Positions 9,835 through 19,463 of a stretch of DNA of 64,000 nucleotides are shown here, piece after piece. The position numbers and the translations under genes are program-made. Every line of letters begins with the position of its first letter. Positions within the stretch are counted from its first letter, which is position 1. Origin of the DNA: Capsulimonadaceae bacterium (GTDB lineage Bacteria > Armatimonadota > Armatimonadia > Armatimonadales > Capsulimonadaceae); the NCBI GenBank assembly GCA_965215505.1, contig OZ244065.1, positions 3,712,001 through 3,776,000 on the forward strand, read 5' to 3'. Under the pieces are notes generated by a model that saw only the letters and a program-made list of their open reading frames with translations, did no database searches and was not told the origin of the DNA.

Positions 9835-11862
9835 ATGGACACCGATCGACCCCTGGCTCTTCTGGCCCTCGACCCCTGGCTCGCGCCGTATGCCTATCAG
9901 CTCCGGCAGCGGCAGGCGCACTACGGACGGCTGCGCGCGGCCATTGACGGCACGGGGGGCCTGCTGGGGCCGATCAGTGCGGGGCACCACTTCTTCGGGT
10001 TCACGCGCGGCGAACAAGACGGAAAAGCGGGCGTGTGGTATCGGGAGTGGGCACCGGGGGCGGACGCGGTCTCTTTGACCGGGGACTTCAACGGGTGGGA
10101 CCGCGACAGCCACCCGCTGGCCCGCGACCCGTGGGGCGTCTGGGAGCGGTTCTTCCCGGACGACGCTGTGGGCGGGGCACTGGCGCACGGGGGTCGGGTC
10201 AAGGCGCATGTCGTGGGGGGCGGGGTCTGGCGGGACCGCATCCCCGCCTACGCCCGGCGCGTGGTGCAGGAGGGGGAGGGCGGGGAGTTCAACGCCGTCG
10301 TCTGGCTGCCGCCGCCGTTCGAGTTCCAGAACGCGGTCCCCGAGACGAAGGGCGGGCTGCGGATCTACGAGGCGCACGTCGGCATGGCGCGCGAGGAGGG
10401 GCGGGTCGGGACGTTCGCGGAGTTCGCGCGGGACGTTTTGCCGCGCATCGCCGGGCTGGGGTACAACGCCGTGCAGCTCATGGCGGTCATGGAACACCCC
10501 TACTACGGCTCCTTCGGCTACCACGTTTCGTCGTTCTTCGCCGTCTCCTCGCGCTTCGGGACGCCGGAAGATTTGAAGCAGTTGATAGACGCCGCCCACG
10601 GGCTGGGCCTGCGCGTCCTGCTCGACATCGTGCATTCCCACGCGGTCAAGAACGTCCTGGAAGGGCTGAACCGCTTCGACGGCACGGATTTCCAGTACTT
10701 CCACGCCGGGGCGCGCGGCCTGCACCCGGCCTGGGACTCTTTGACTTTCGATTATGCCAAGTACGAAGTCCAGCGATTTTTGCTCAGTAACGTCCGTTTC
10801 TGGCTGGAAGAGTTCCAGTTTGACGGCCTGCGCTTCGACGGCGTGACGTCCATGCTCTACCACGACCACGGGCTGAACCGGGTCTTCACCAGCTACGAAG
10901 ACTACTTCGGTGGGAATGTGGACGGGGATGCCGTCGCCTACTTGCAGGCCGCGAACGACCTGGCCCGCGCCGTCCGCCCGGCCGTCGTGACCATCGCCGA
11001 GGACGTTTCCGGGATGCCGGGCGCGGCCCGCCCCGTGGCGGAGGGCGGCCTGGGCTTCGACTACCGCCTGGCGATGGGCGTCCCGGACTACTGGACCAAG
11101 CTGATCAAGGAGACGCCCGACGAGGGCTGGCCGCTGGGCGCGGTCTACCACGAACTCTTGGACCGACGGCCCGGCGAGAAGCGCGTCGGCTACGTCGAGA
11201 GCCACGACCAGTCTTTGGTGGGGGACCAGACCCTTGCCTTCCGGCTGATGGGCCAGGAGATGTACTGGAACATGGGCGTGGAGAGCGAGAGCGTCGTCGT
11301 CGAGCGCGGCCTCGCCCTGCTGAAGCTGATCCGGCTGCTGACCTTCAGCCTGGCCGGGGAAGCGTGGCTGTCCTTCATCGGCAACGAGTTCGGCCACCCC
11401 GAGTGGGTGGACTTCCCGCGCGAGGGCAACGGGTTCTCCTACCACTATGCCCGGCGTCAGTGGTCGCTGGCCGAAGACCCGCGCCTGCGCTACCACTTCC
11501 TGAACGATTTCGACCGGGCGATGCTGGCCCTAGACACCGAGTTTGGCCTGCTGCCGGACGCCCTGATCGAACAACTGGCCCTGCACGAAGACACGCGGCA
11601 GCTCGTCTACCGGCGCGGGCCGCTTGTCTTCGCCTTCAACTTCCATCCCACGCAGTCCTACGCCAGCCTGCGTATCCCCGTGCCCGACGATGCCGACTAC
11701 CGCGTGGTCCTGGACACCGACGCCGCCCCGCTGGGCGGGTGGGGGCGCGTCGCCGAGGGCACGGTGTACCCGGTCCAGCCCGTCCCGATGTACGGGCGCG
11801 GGCGGAGCGTCCAGATCTATCTGCCCTCCCGGAGCGCGCAGGTGCTCGCGCCGGTCGGATAG
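9835..11862 (+). CDS. glgB: 1,4-alpha-glucan branching enzyme (GH13)
   Basis: YREWAP, IYEAHVGM, HPYYGSFGYHV, RFDGVTSM, AEDVSG and ESHDQ motifs. Confidence 0.93.
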   Translation: MDTDRPLALLALDPWLAPYAYQLRQRQAHYGRLRAAIDGTGGLLGPISAGHHFFGFTRGEQDGKAGVWYREWAPGADAVSLTGDFNGWDRDSHPLARDPWGVWERFFPDDAVGGALAHGGRVKAHVVGGGVWRDRIPAYARRVVQEGEGGEFNAVVWLPPPFEFQNAVPETKGGLRIYEAHVGMAREEGRVGTFAEFARDVLPRIAGLGYNAVQLMAVMEHPYYGSFGYHVSSFFAVSSRFGTPEDLKQLIDAAHGLGLRVLLDIVHSHAVKNVLEGLNRFDGTDFQYFHAGARGLHPAWDSLTFDYAKYEVQRFLLSNVRFWLEEFQFDGLRFDGVTSMLYHDHGLNRVFTSYEDYFGGNVDGDAVAYLQAANDLARAVRPAVVTIAEDVSGMPGAARPVAEGGLGFDYRLAMGVPDYWTKLIKETPDEGWPLGAVYHELLDRRPGEKRVGYVESHDQSLVGDQTLAFRLMGQEMYWNMGVESESVVVERGLALLKLIRLLTFSLAGEAWLSFIGNEFGHPEWVDFPREGNGFSYHYARRQWSLAEDPRLRYHFLNDFDRAMLALDTEFGLLPDALIEQLALHEDTRQLVYRRGPLVFAFNFHPTQSYASLRIPVPDDADYRVVLDTDAAPLGGWGRVAEGTVYPVQPVPMYGRGRSVQIYLPSRSAQVLAPVG

Positions 11863-11903
11863 GGAGAGGGGAGGCGAGGCAGCAGGATAGGACGAGCGGA
11901 TAA

Positions 11904-12057
11904 GACGAGTGATTGAAATCACTCGCTACGGCAAAATTTGTCCAGGGGACAAGGGGAACCAAATGATGCCGGTTGTCCGCCGGTCCCCCTCTTCTGTCTT
12001 TATTATCTTCTGTCCCCTGGACAGGTCCCAATCAGCGAGTGATTTCAATCACTCGTC
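11904..12057. repeat. REPIN/MITE-like element, copy 1
   Basis: Perfect 24-bp terminal IR GACGAGTGATTGAAATCACTCGCT; inner IR GTCCAGGGGAC/GTCCCCTGGAC. Confidence 0.8.
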
Positions 12058-12156
12058 CTATCCGCTTGCCCCATCCCGCGCCCATTCTCGCGCTCCCGTC
12101 CCGCCGCAGAAGGAAATCCCCCCGCCCGCCGCGAACAACCGGCCCAGAGGTCCCTC

Positions 12157-12492
12157 ATGAAAACACCGATCGCCCTGCTCCTCCTGGTCGCGGCGGCGGG
12201 CCTGGAGGCGGGCGGGGACGCACTCGTCCGGGGGGGATTGTTCGGCCCGACCCCCCTGCGCCGCGCCCTGCTGCTGGCGCTGGGCGCGCTGGTCCTGTTC
12301 GCCTACGGCTGCTTCGTCAACCTGCCGCGCTGGGACTTCGGGCGGCTGCTCGGGGTCTACGTTGCCGCGTTCTTCGTCGTCGCCCAGATCATCAACTGGG
12401 CCGGCTTCGGCCAGAAGCCGACCCTGCCGATCCTCGTCGGCGGCGGCCTCATCGTCGGCGGCGGGCTGGTCATCACGCTCTGGAGGGCCTAG
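12157..12492 (+). CDS. Small 4-TM membrane protein (YnfA/SMR-like)
   Basis: Four hydrophobic helices; LEAGG and FGRLLGVY motifs. Confidence 0.6.
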   Translation: MKTPIALLLLVAAAGLEAGGDALVRGGLFGPTPLRRALLLALGALVLFAYGCFVNLPRWDFGRLLGVYVAAFFVVAQIINWAGFGQKPTLPILVGGGLIVGGGLVITLWRA

Positions 12493-13401
12493 TTGCAGAA
12501 ACCATCCCATGCGGAGCGTCACGCGGGGAACCCGGTCCTCCCCGGCTGGTGTGCCGACCCAGAATTGCACATCTTTGAGGGCCGCTACTACCTCTACCCG
12601 ACCTACTCGGCGGAGTACGAGAAGCAAACCTTCTTTGAGGCTTTCTCGTCTGCGGACCTGACTGATTGGCGCAGCGAAGGCCGGATACTGGACTTCGCCG
12701 ACGTGCCGTGGAGTACGAACCGGGCCGCCTGGGCACCGTCCGCCATCGAGCGAGGCGGGCGGTACTTCTTCTACTTCTCGGCGGGCGACGGCGCGGGCCT
12801 GGGCGTCGCCGTCGCCGACCGCCCCGCCGGCCCGTTCCGCGATGCCCTGGGCAAGCCGCTGGTGGCCGACTACCCGCACGGCGCGCAGCCGATTGACGCC
12901 CACGCCTTCCTGGATGACGACGGGCAGGCGTACCTCTACTTCGGCGGGTGGAGACACGCCGTGGTCGCCCGTTTGAACGAGGACATGGTCTCGCTGGACG
13001 GCGGGTTTATGGAGATCACGCCCGATAACTACGTCGAAGGGCCGTTCATGCTCAAACGGCAGGGCGTCTACTACTTCATGTGGTCGGAAGGCGGCTGGAC
13101 CGATTCGAGCTACGCCGTCGCCTATGCCAGAGCGTCCTCGCCGCTCGGCCCGTTCACCCGCGTGGGTCGCATCCTGGAGAACGACCCTGCCGTCGGCCTG
13201 GGCGCGGGGCACCATTCGGCGCTCTGTTACCCCGGCAGCGACGACTGGTACATCGCCTACCACCGCCGCCCGCTTGAGGAGACGAACGGCCACCACCGGG
13301 TGGTCTGCATCGACCGGATGCATTTCGACGACGCGGGCGACATCCTGCCGGTCGTCCTGACCCATGAGGGGGTCACGGCCCGGCCTCTGCCCGGCGCTTG
13401 A
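12493..13401 (+). CDS. Glycoside hydrolase family 43
   Basis: ADP, WAPS, IDAHAFLDDDG, EGP and GHHS motifs; start codon uncertain. Confidence 0.88.
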   Translation: MQKPSHAERHAGNPVLPGWCADPELHIFEGRYYLYPTYSAEYEKQTFFEAFSSADLTDWRSEGRILDFADVPWSTNRAAWAPSAIERGGRYFFYFSAGDGAGLGVAVADRPAGPFRDALGKPLVADYPHGAQPIDAHAFLDDDGQAYLYFGGWRHAVVARLNEDMVSLDGGFMEITPDNYVEGPFMLKRQGVYYFMWSEGGWTDSSYAVAYARASSPLGPFTRVGRILENDPAVGLGAGHHSALCYPGSDDWYIAYHRRPLEETNGHHRVVCIDRMHFDDAGDILPVVLTHEGVTARPLPGA

Positions 13402-13474
13402 CCCGCCGGGAGCCTGACACGCTTCTACCCGACATAGGCCGCCGTTTTATGACAAGCACACAGGAGAAAACACC

Positions 13475-13798
13475 ATGATCGTCGCGACCACGCCCGACAT
13501 CGCCGGGCAGCGCATCGAGCGGACTCTGGGACAGGCGTTCGGCGTCGTCGTCCGCAGCCGGGGCATCGGCGGCAACCTGATGGCGGGGCTGCGCTCGCTG
13601 GCCGGGGGCGAGATCACCGAATACACGGAGATGCTGGAAGAGGCGCGGCGGCACGCCCTGGACCGGATGGTCCGGAATGCGACCGAGATGGGCGCGAACG
13701 CCGTCGTCGCCATGCGCTTCGACTCGTCCGAGATCGGGGACACCATGAGCGAGATCGTCGCCTATGGCACGGCCGTCGTCACCGCCCCGGCGGTCTGA
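13475..13798 (+). CDS. YbjQ/UPF0145 family protein
   Basis: GGEITEYTEML...GANAVVAMRFD...AYGTAV; good RBS. Confidence 0.9.
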   Translation: MIVATTPDIAGQRIERTLGQAFGVVVRSRGIGGNLMAGLRSLAGGEITEYTEMLEEARRHALDRMVRNATEMGANAVVAMRFDSSEIGDTMSEIVAYGTAVVTAPAV

Positions 13799-13813
13799 CC
13801 GGGAGGAAGGTCC

Positions 13814-14098
13814 ATGCTCCGCCGGATAGTGCTGATCGCCGGCGGCCTGCTCCTCCTGGCCGCCCTGGTCCTGTTCACCCGCCCGCCGCTGATCGGGATC
13901 GCTCTGTATCTCGCCTTCTACGGCGTCCTCGTTGTCGGCGGCATTCTGTTCGAGCGGAGCGCCTACCGGCCCCACGTCCAGCGCACGCGGCCAGGCTGGC
14001 AGCGCACCGACGAGCGGTTCACGGACCCGGTTTACGGCGTACTGACCGAGGTCTGGTTTAACCCGGAAACCGGGGAACGCGATTACCGTCCCGTCTGA
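13814..14098 (+). CDS. Hypothetical membrane protein
   Basis: Two TM segments, then GWQRTDERFTDP...NPETGERDY; RBS present. Confidence 0.7.
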   Translation: MLRRIVLIAGGLLLLAALVLFTRPPLIGIALYLAFYGVLVVGGILFERSAYRPHVQRTRPGWQRTDERFTDPVYGVLTEVWFNPETGERDYRPV

Positions 14099-14150
14099 AC
14101 ATGGCTTCTGGATATCGCTCAACCAGAGCCATTTGGGTACAATCACGACT

Positions 14151-15830
14151 ATGAACACCAATAAGATTAATGCCCAGGATTGGGACACCGTCGCGCCGCA
14201 CTTCGCGGCGCTCGCCGACGAAGACCTGACGGCCCAAGGCGTCGGCGACTGGCTGCTGCGGTGGAGCGAGGTCGAGAAGGAACTCGGCGAGGCCGGGGCG
14301 CGGGCCGGGCGGGCGAAGTCCGAGAACACGGCGGACCAGGAGGCCGAAACCGCCTACCTGCACTTCGTCCAGGACATCATCCCCAAGTGGACAGTGGCCG
14401 CCCAGGCGCTGAAGACCAAGCTGCTGGCCGTGCCCGGCTACGAGCCTGACACCGAACACAGGCAGTTCCTGCGCCGGCTGCGCTCCGACGCCGACCTGTT
14501 CCGGGCGGAGAACGTCCCCCTCCAGGCCCAGCTCCAGACACTCGCCAACGAGTACAACAAGCTGACCGGGTCCATGACGGCCACCGTGAACGGCGAGGAG
14601 ATGACCTTGCCGCAGGTGGAGGGTCTGCTGCTCGACACGGACCGTGGCGTCCGCGAGGCCGCCTGGCGGGCGGTGCAGGAGCGGTGGCTTGCGGCCAGGG
14701 AGCCGCTGGACGCCCTGTACCTGAAGATGCTGCCGCTGCGGCGGGAGCTTGCCAAAAACGCCGGGCTGCCCGACTACCGCGCCTACATGTGGCGGGCGAT
14801 GAAGCGGTTCGACTACACGCCCGAAGACAGCCTGGCCTTCGGGGACGCCATCGAGGCCGAGGTCGTCCCGCTGGCGAAGCGGCTGCTGGAGTCGCGCCGC
14901 CGGACTTTGGGCGTGGACGCGCTGCGGCCCTGGGACCTTGCCGCCGACCCCGAGAACCGTGCCCCGCTCCGGCCCTTCGCCGACGTCGCCGAACTCGAAG
15001 AGGGGACCGCGCGCATCTTCGCCAACGTGGACCCCGCCCTCGGCGCGGACTTTGAAAAGTTCCGCCAGGGGTTCCTGGACCTCGGCTCGCGCAAGGGCAA
15101 AGCGCCGGGCGGCTACTGCTCGTTCTTCCCCAAGACCGGCCTCCCCTACATCTTCATGAACGCCGTCGGGACGGAAGGCGACGTCCGCACCATGCTCCAC
15201 GAGGGCGGCCACGCCTTCCACGGGCTGGCCTCAAGCGCCACCCAGCCCCTGCTGTGGAACCGGGGTGCGCCGATGGAGTTCAACGAGGTCGCCTCCATGG
15301 CGATGGAATTGCTGGCCCTGCCGTATTTGGAGAAAGAGCAGGGCGGGTTCTACACGTCGGAAGAAGCCGCCCGCGCCCGGCAGGAGCAGCTCGAGCGCAT
15401 CGTCATGTTCCTGCCCTACATGGCGGTCGTGGACGGCTTCCAGCACTGGGTCTACAGCGAAGCGCCGGACGACGTGACGGCTAAAGACCTGGACGCGCGC
15501 TGGGACCTGCTCTGGACCCGCTTCATGGGCGGGACGGACTGGGCGGGCCTTGAAGCCGAGCGGCAGACGGGCTGGCACCGCAAGCTGCACATCTTCACGG
15601 TCCCGTTCTACTACGTCGAGTACGGCCTGGCCCAGCTCGGCGCGTTGCAGGTCTGGCGCAACGCCCTCGCCGACCAGGCGGACGCCGTGCGCCGCTACCG
15701 GTCTGCCCTGGCCCTGGGCAACACGCGCCCCCTGCCGGACCTCTACGCCGAGGCCGGCGCGCGCCTGGCCTTCGACCGCGAGACGGTGGGCGAACTGGCG
15801 CGACTGGTGGAGTCGCACCTAGAGGCGTAA
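14151..15830 (+). CDS. M3-family oligoendopeptidase
   Basis: KAPGGYC, HEGGH zinc motif, EVASMAMEL, PFYYVEY. Confidence 0.92.
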   Translation: MNTNKINAQDWDTVAPHFAALADEDLTAQGVGDWLLRWSEVEKELGEAGARAGRAKSENTADQEAETAYLHFVQDIIPKWTVAAQALKTKLLAVPGYEPDTEHRQFLRRLRSDADLFRAENVPLQAQLQTLANEYNKLTGSMTATVNGEEMTLPQVEGLLLDTDRGVREAAWRAVQERWLAAREPLDALYLKMLPLRRELAKNAGLPDYRAYMWRAMKRFDYTPEDSLAFGDAIEAEVVPLAKRLLESRRRTLGVDALRPWDLAADPENRAPLRPFADVAELEEGTARIFANVDPALGADFEKFRQGFLDLGSRKGKAPGGYCSFFPKTGLPYIFMNAVGTEGDVRTMLHEGGHAFHGLASSATQPLLWNRGAPMEFNEVASMAMELLALPYLEKEQGGFYTSEEAARARQEQLERIVMFLPYMAVVDGFQHWVYSEAPDDVTAKDLDARWDLLWTRFMGGTDWAGLEAERQTGWHRKLHIFTVPFYYVEYGLAQLGALQVWRNALADQADAVRRYRSALALGNTRPLPDLYAEAGARLAFDRETVGELARLVESHLEA

Positions 15831-15831
15831 C

Positions 15832-16152
15832 GTGAAGCTCCTCGTCGCCACCGGGTTGGTCCTTGGTTTCGCTTACGAGTTCGGTATGACCTGGTATGCG
15901 ACCCAGGCTCCACAAGTGCGCGACAGGCCACACTTCGGGCTGGACGTTTTCATCTTGTATGGGCTGGTTGGTGCGTTCTGGGGCTGCCTACTGGCTGCGG
16001 CTGTCGGCGCTGGGTATCGCAAGCTGAGGGAGCGGCACAAGGTCAACGTAGCCGAGTTGATACGGCAGGCAGATAAGATTCCAGCAGGAGATCAAGGAGT
16101 TTGGCCCCCTCCGCCGATTGACAGGGCTGCGGACAAGAGGAACCCGCGATGA
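15832..16152 (+). CDS. Hypothetical membrane protein
   Basis: Two TM helices and a C-terminal VWPPPP; lower GC. Confidence 0.55.
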   Translation: MKLLVATGLVLGFAYEFGMTWYATQAPQVRDRPHFGLDVFILYGLVGAFWGCLLAAAVGAGYRKLRERHKVNVAELIRQADKIPAGDQGVWPPPPIDRAADKRNPR

Positions 16153-16364
16153 CAATCACACAGCACCCCACGGCGCGGCAGCTCCTTGCTATGCCGGAAG
16201 CGGAGCGGGGCCGCATCCTCGCGGCAGCCGCCGCCCATGCCGCGCCGCTGTATGAGGCCGACCTTGTCCTGCCGCCGGAGCAGCGCGAGCTGACCGCCCT
16301 GTCGGCGATAGAGGACGATATTCATGACTACCACCGTGAGGGTGTCATGGACAGAGACGAGTGA
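16149..16364 (+). CDS. Small hypothetical protein (possible orphan antitoxin)
   Basis: RBS, ATGA overlap with the upstream gene, acidic C-terminus. Confidence 0.5.
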   Translation: MTITQHPTARQLLAMPEAERGRILAAAAAHAAPLYEADLVLPPEQRELTALSAIEDDIHDYHREGVMDRDE

Positions 16365-16512
16365 TTAAAATCACTCGCTCCGGTCGGACCTGTCCAGGGG
16401 ACAGAAGAGGGATGAAATAGAAGAGGGGAGGGGATGAAGTTAGGGTAGCCTCACCCTGTTTCCGCGTCCCCTGGACGCTTCCTATCGCAGCGAGTGATTT
16501 CAATCACTCGTC
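16356..16512. repeat. REPIN/MITE-like element, copy 2
   Basis: Same 24-bp terminal IR (one mismatch) and inner GTCCAGGGGAC IR. Confidence 0.8.
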
Positions 16513-16574
16513 CAATCCTGTCCGATCCTCCAATCCTTCGCCTCGGCTCTCTGACGCCGCCGGACCTTACGCCC

Positions 16575-17159
16575 ATGACCCTGCGCCACATCCCCGCCGC
16601 GCTCGTCGCCTCGCGCCTCCTCGCCGGGCCTGTCCTGCTGTGGGCGGCTTTGGCCGGAACGGGCCGGTTCTGGCTGGTCGGCATCCTCGTGTACGTCTTC
16701 CTGTCGGACGTCTTCGACGGCGTGATCGCGCGGCGGCTCCGGGTGGTGACGGCCCGGTTGCGGGTGGCTGATAGCTGGGCGGACACCCTCTTTTACGCCT
16801 GCGTCGCCTTGGCCGTCTGGGGTTTGCACCGCGCCCTGCTCGCGCCGTTCCTCGTTCCACTGCTGATCGTCCTTGGGCTAATGGGCGTCAACTGGGGCGC
16901 TGCAATGCTCAGGTTCCATCGCGCTCTGAGCTTTCACGCCTACTCCTCGAAACTCTGGGGCCTGTCGCTGTTCGCGGCGAGCGTCGCCCTGCTCGGCTTC
17001 TCCTATGCCGGGTGGTTTCTGTGGGCGGCGGTCGCGGTCGGCATCGCCGGGCACCTGGAAGGCTTCGCGATGACCCTGATCCTGCCCAATTGGGCGCACG
17101 ACGTTTCCGGCATCCCCGAGGCGCTGCGCCTTCGGGCGGCGCGGGGCCTGCTGCCTTAA
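16575..17159 (+). CDS. CDP-alcohol phosphatidyltransferase family protein
   Basis: DVFDGVIARR...DSWAD motif; multiple TM helices. Confidence 0.85.
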   Translation: MTLRHIPAALVASRLLAGPVLLWAALAGTGRFWLVGILVYVFLSDVFDGVIARRLRVVTARLRVADSWADTLFYACVALAVWGLHRALLAPFLVPLLIVLGLMGVNWGAAMLRFHRALSFHAYSSKLWGLSLFAASVALLGFSYAGWFLWAAVAVGIAGHLEGFAMTLILPNWAHDVSGIPEALRLRAARGLLP

Positions 17160-17224
17160 TCCCGCGCGTTTTCAGGTAGAATTGCTGACAATTCAGGGGC
17201 AATCCGGGGGCAGAGGGGGAAGCG

Positions 17225-17857
17225 ATGAGAATCACCGTCACACTGGCGCGTCAGTTCGGCTGCGGCGGCTCGTACCTGGGCCAGCACGTCGCCGACGCCT
17301 TGCAGGTCCGGTGCCTGGACCGGGAGATCGTCAGCCACGCCGCCCGCGACCTCGCCGTGGATGAGGCCGAGATGGCCGCCCGTGAGGAGCGCGGGACGCC
17401 CTTCTGGGAGCGGATGCTGCGCGGCATCACCGCCTCCCCGCCCGAGGCTTTGTACCACGCCCCGGCCGTCCTGTCGGTTTCGGACCGGGAGATCTTCGAG
17501 GCCGAAACCGGGGTGATGAAGACGATCGCGGCCCGCGAGGACTGCGTGATCGTCGGGCGCATCGCCGCTCACGTCCTGCCGAAACATCCGGGCATGGTCA
17601 ACGTCTTTTTGCACGCCCCGCTCTCCTTCCGCGTCCCGCGCGTGATGGAGTATTATGGGGCTGCCGATGAGGCGGCTGCCCGCGCCATGATCGCCCAGTC
17701 GGACGGCACGCGCGAGCGGTTCATCCGCCAGATGCTCGGGCGGGAGGAGGACGACGCCCGGAGCTATCACCTGTGTTTGGACACGAGTTCGCTGCCGCTG
17801 TCCGAAATCGCCGACCTGCTGACCGACTTCGTCCGGCGGCGGACGGCGGAGGCCTGA
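17225..17857 (+). CDS. Cytidylate kinase-like family protein
   Basis: TLARQFGCGG, CVIVGR, YHLCLDTS. Confidence 0.85.
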   Translation: MRITVTLARQFGCGGSYLGQHVADALQVRCLDREIVSHAARDLAVDEAEMAAREERGTPFWERMLRGITASPPEALYHAPAVLSVSDREIFEAETGVMKTIAAREDCVIVGRIAAHVLPKHPGMVNVFLHAPLSFRVPRVMEYYGAADEAAARAMIAQSDGTRERFIRQMLGREEDDARSYHLCLDTSSLPLSEIADLLTDFVRRRTAEA

Positions 17858-17858
17858 C

Positions 17859-18416
17859 ATGACGCCGATCCCCATCCTGGACACGCCCCGCCTGCGCCTG
17901 CGGCCCCTGCGGCTCGCGGACGCGCCGCGCATCCAGGAGCTTTTCCCACAGTGGGATGTATTGGAGTTCATGGCGGCGGCGATCCCGTGGCCCTATCCCG
18001 AGGACGGTGCGCGTCAGTTCATTGAGAGTGTCCTGCCGAAGATTGAGGCGGGCACGCAGTACGATTGGGCGATCACGCTGAAGGCCGCCGGGGACGACCT
18101 GCTGATCGGGTCCATCGGCCTGTACCCCGAGGGGGCGGACAATCGAGGCTTCTGGCTCGGCAGAGGGTATCATCGTCAGGGGCTGATGACGGAGGCGATG
18201 GCCGCCGTCAATGACTTCGCCTTTGAGGTGCTTGGGATGCCGCACCTGACGCTGAACAACGCCGAGCCTAACCAGGGGTCGCACCGGCTGAAGGAAATTT
18301 CCGGGGCGAAGATCATCGCGGTCAACGACGACGTGCCTTATGTCGGAGGCCGGTTCCGGCAGGTCCAGTGGCGTCTGACGCGCGAGGATTGGGAGAGCCA
18401 CCGGGGCGCGCTTTGA
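17859..18416 (+). CDS. GNAT N-acetyltransferase (RimJ/RimL-like)
   Basis: TPRLRLRPL, GFWL...HRQGLMTEA, N..S.RL. Confidence 0.88.
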   Translation: MTPIPILDTPRLRLRPLRLADAPRIQELFPQWDVLEFMAAAIPWPYPEDGARQFIESVLPKIEAGTQYDWAITLKAAGDDLLIGSIGLYPEGADNRGFWLGRGYHRQGLMTEAMAAVNDFAFEVLGMPHLTLNNAEPNQGSHRLKEISGAKIIAVNDDVPYVGGRFRQVQWRLTREDWESHRGAL

Positions 18417-18498
18417 GCCATCGGCGTCGGGCCAGGGTTGTGGCAGATGGCTGCCCAGCGCGGGAGCAGTCCGGTCCATCGGTCCCGGCCCCAGGGTT

Positions 18499-18665
18499 CC
18501 CGGCCATGAATGGCCGGTCTACTCTTGCATGAAAGTCGCTCCGCGACTGGGGATGGGGCGCGGCAAAACCAAGGAGGGCGCGGTAAGCGGTGCCCCCACG
18601 CCCCGACTGTTCCTCAACCGCAGAGCGGTTTTCACTCAGGAGTAGCCCGGCCATTCATGGCCGGG
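18499..18665. repeat. Inverted pair of REP-like hairpins
   Basis: CCCGGCCATGAATGGCCGGTCTACT ... AGTAGCCCGGCCATTCATGGCCGGG; a single arm recurs near 56135-56171. Confidence 0.7.
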
Positions 18666-18695
18666 ACGCATGCCCCGGTGCCAATCAAACAGCCC

Positions 18696-19463
18696 ATGAA
18701 CACACCACCCCCAGTGCGACTCGCCATGTGGTCCGGCCCGCGCAACATCTCCACGGCGATGATGCGCTCCTGGGGCGGGCGGCCCGACACGTTCGTCTGC
18801 GACGAGCCGCTCTACGCCCACTACTTGCAGGCGACGGAACGCGACCACCCCGGAGCCGAGGAAGTCATCGCGGCGGGCGAGACCGACTGGCGCAGTGTGA
18901 CCGACTGGCTGACCGGGCCGGTGCCCGAGGGCAGGAGCATTTTCTACCAGAAGCACATGACCCACCACCTGCTGCCGGACATGGGCCGGGAGTGGCTGGC
19001 CGGCCTGGCGCATTGCTTCCTGATCCGCGAGCCGGGCGAGGTCATCACGTCGTACATCAAGAAGAGCCACGACCCGACCGTGGAGGATTTGGGCTTCACG
19101 CAGCAGGCGGAGATCTTCGACTGGGTGCGGCAGCAGACCGGCGCGACGCCGCCCGTCCTGGACGCCCGCGACGTGCTGGACGCCCCGGCGTTCACGCTGC
19201 GTCGTCTGTGCGAAACTTTGGGCATCGCGTTCCTGCCCGACGCCATGCTGTCCTGGGAACCGGGCCTGCGCGCGACGGACGGCGTGTGGGCGAAGCACTG
19301 GTATCCGGAGGTCCAAACCTCCACCGGCTTCCGCCCCTACAGCGCCAAGCCGGACGTGGTTCCCGAGCGCCTGCGCGGCGTCTATGAAGAATGCCGGGAG
19401 GCTTACGAGCGGCTGTATCCGTACCGCATTCAGCCGCCGGTGGAGGGGAAAGTGGGCCGATGA
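18696..19463 (+). CDS. Sulfotransferase-like P-loop protein
   Basis: MWSGPRNISTAMMRSW, DEPLY, YQKHMTHH, DGVWAKHWY. Confidence 0.8.
   Translation: MNTPPPVRLAMWSGPRNISTAMMRSWGGRPDTFVCDEPLYAHYLQATERDHPGAEEVIAAGETDWRSVTDWLTGPVPEGRSIFYQKHMTHHLLPDMGREWLAGLAHCFLIREPGEVITSYIKKSHDPTVEDLGFTQQAEIFDWVRQQTGATPPVLDARDVLDAPAFTLRRLCETLGIAFLPDAMLSWEPGLRATDGVWAKHWYPEVQTSTGFRPYSAKPDVVPERLRGVYEECREAYERLYPYRIQPPVEGKVGR

Noticed and set aside
9709-11496. Long antisense ORFs opposite glgB, and similar ones opposite the STAND gene, MBL, selO and ggt
   Set aside because: Shadow ORFs expected at high GC; the opposite strand carries the recognisable protein
18322-18695. ORFs or N-terminal extensions starting MAGLLL (also at 56160) and MIEITR/MISITR (11909, 16494)
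   Set aside because: These starts come from REP/REPIN palindromes, not real genes
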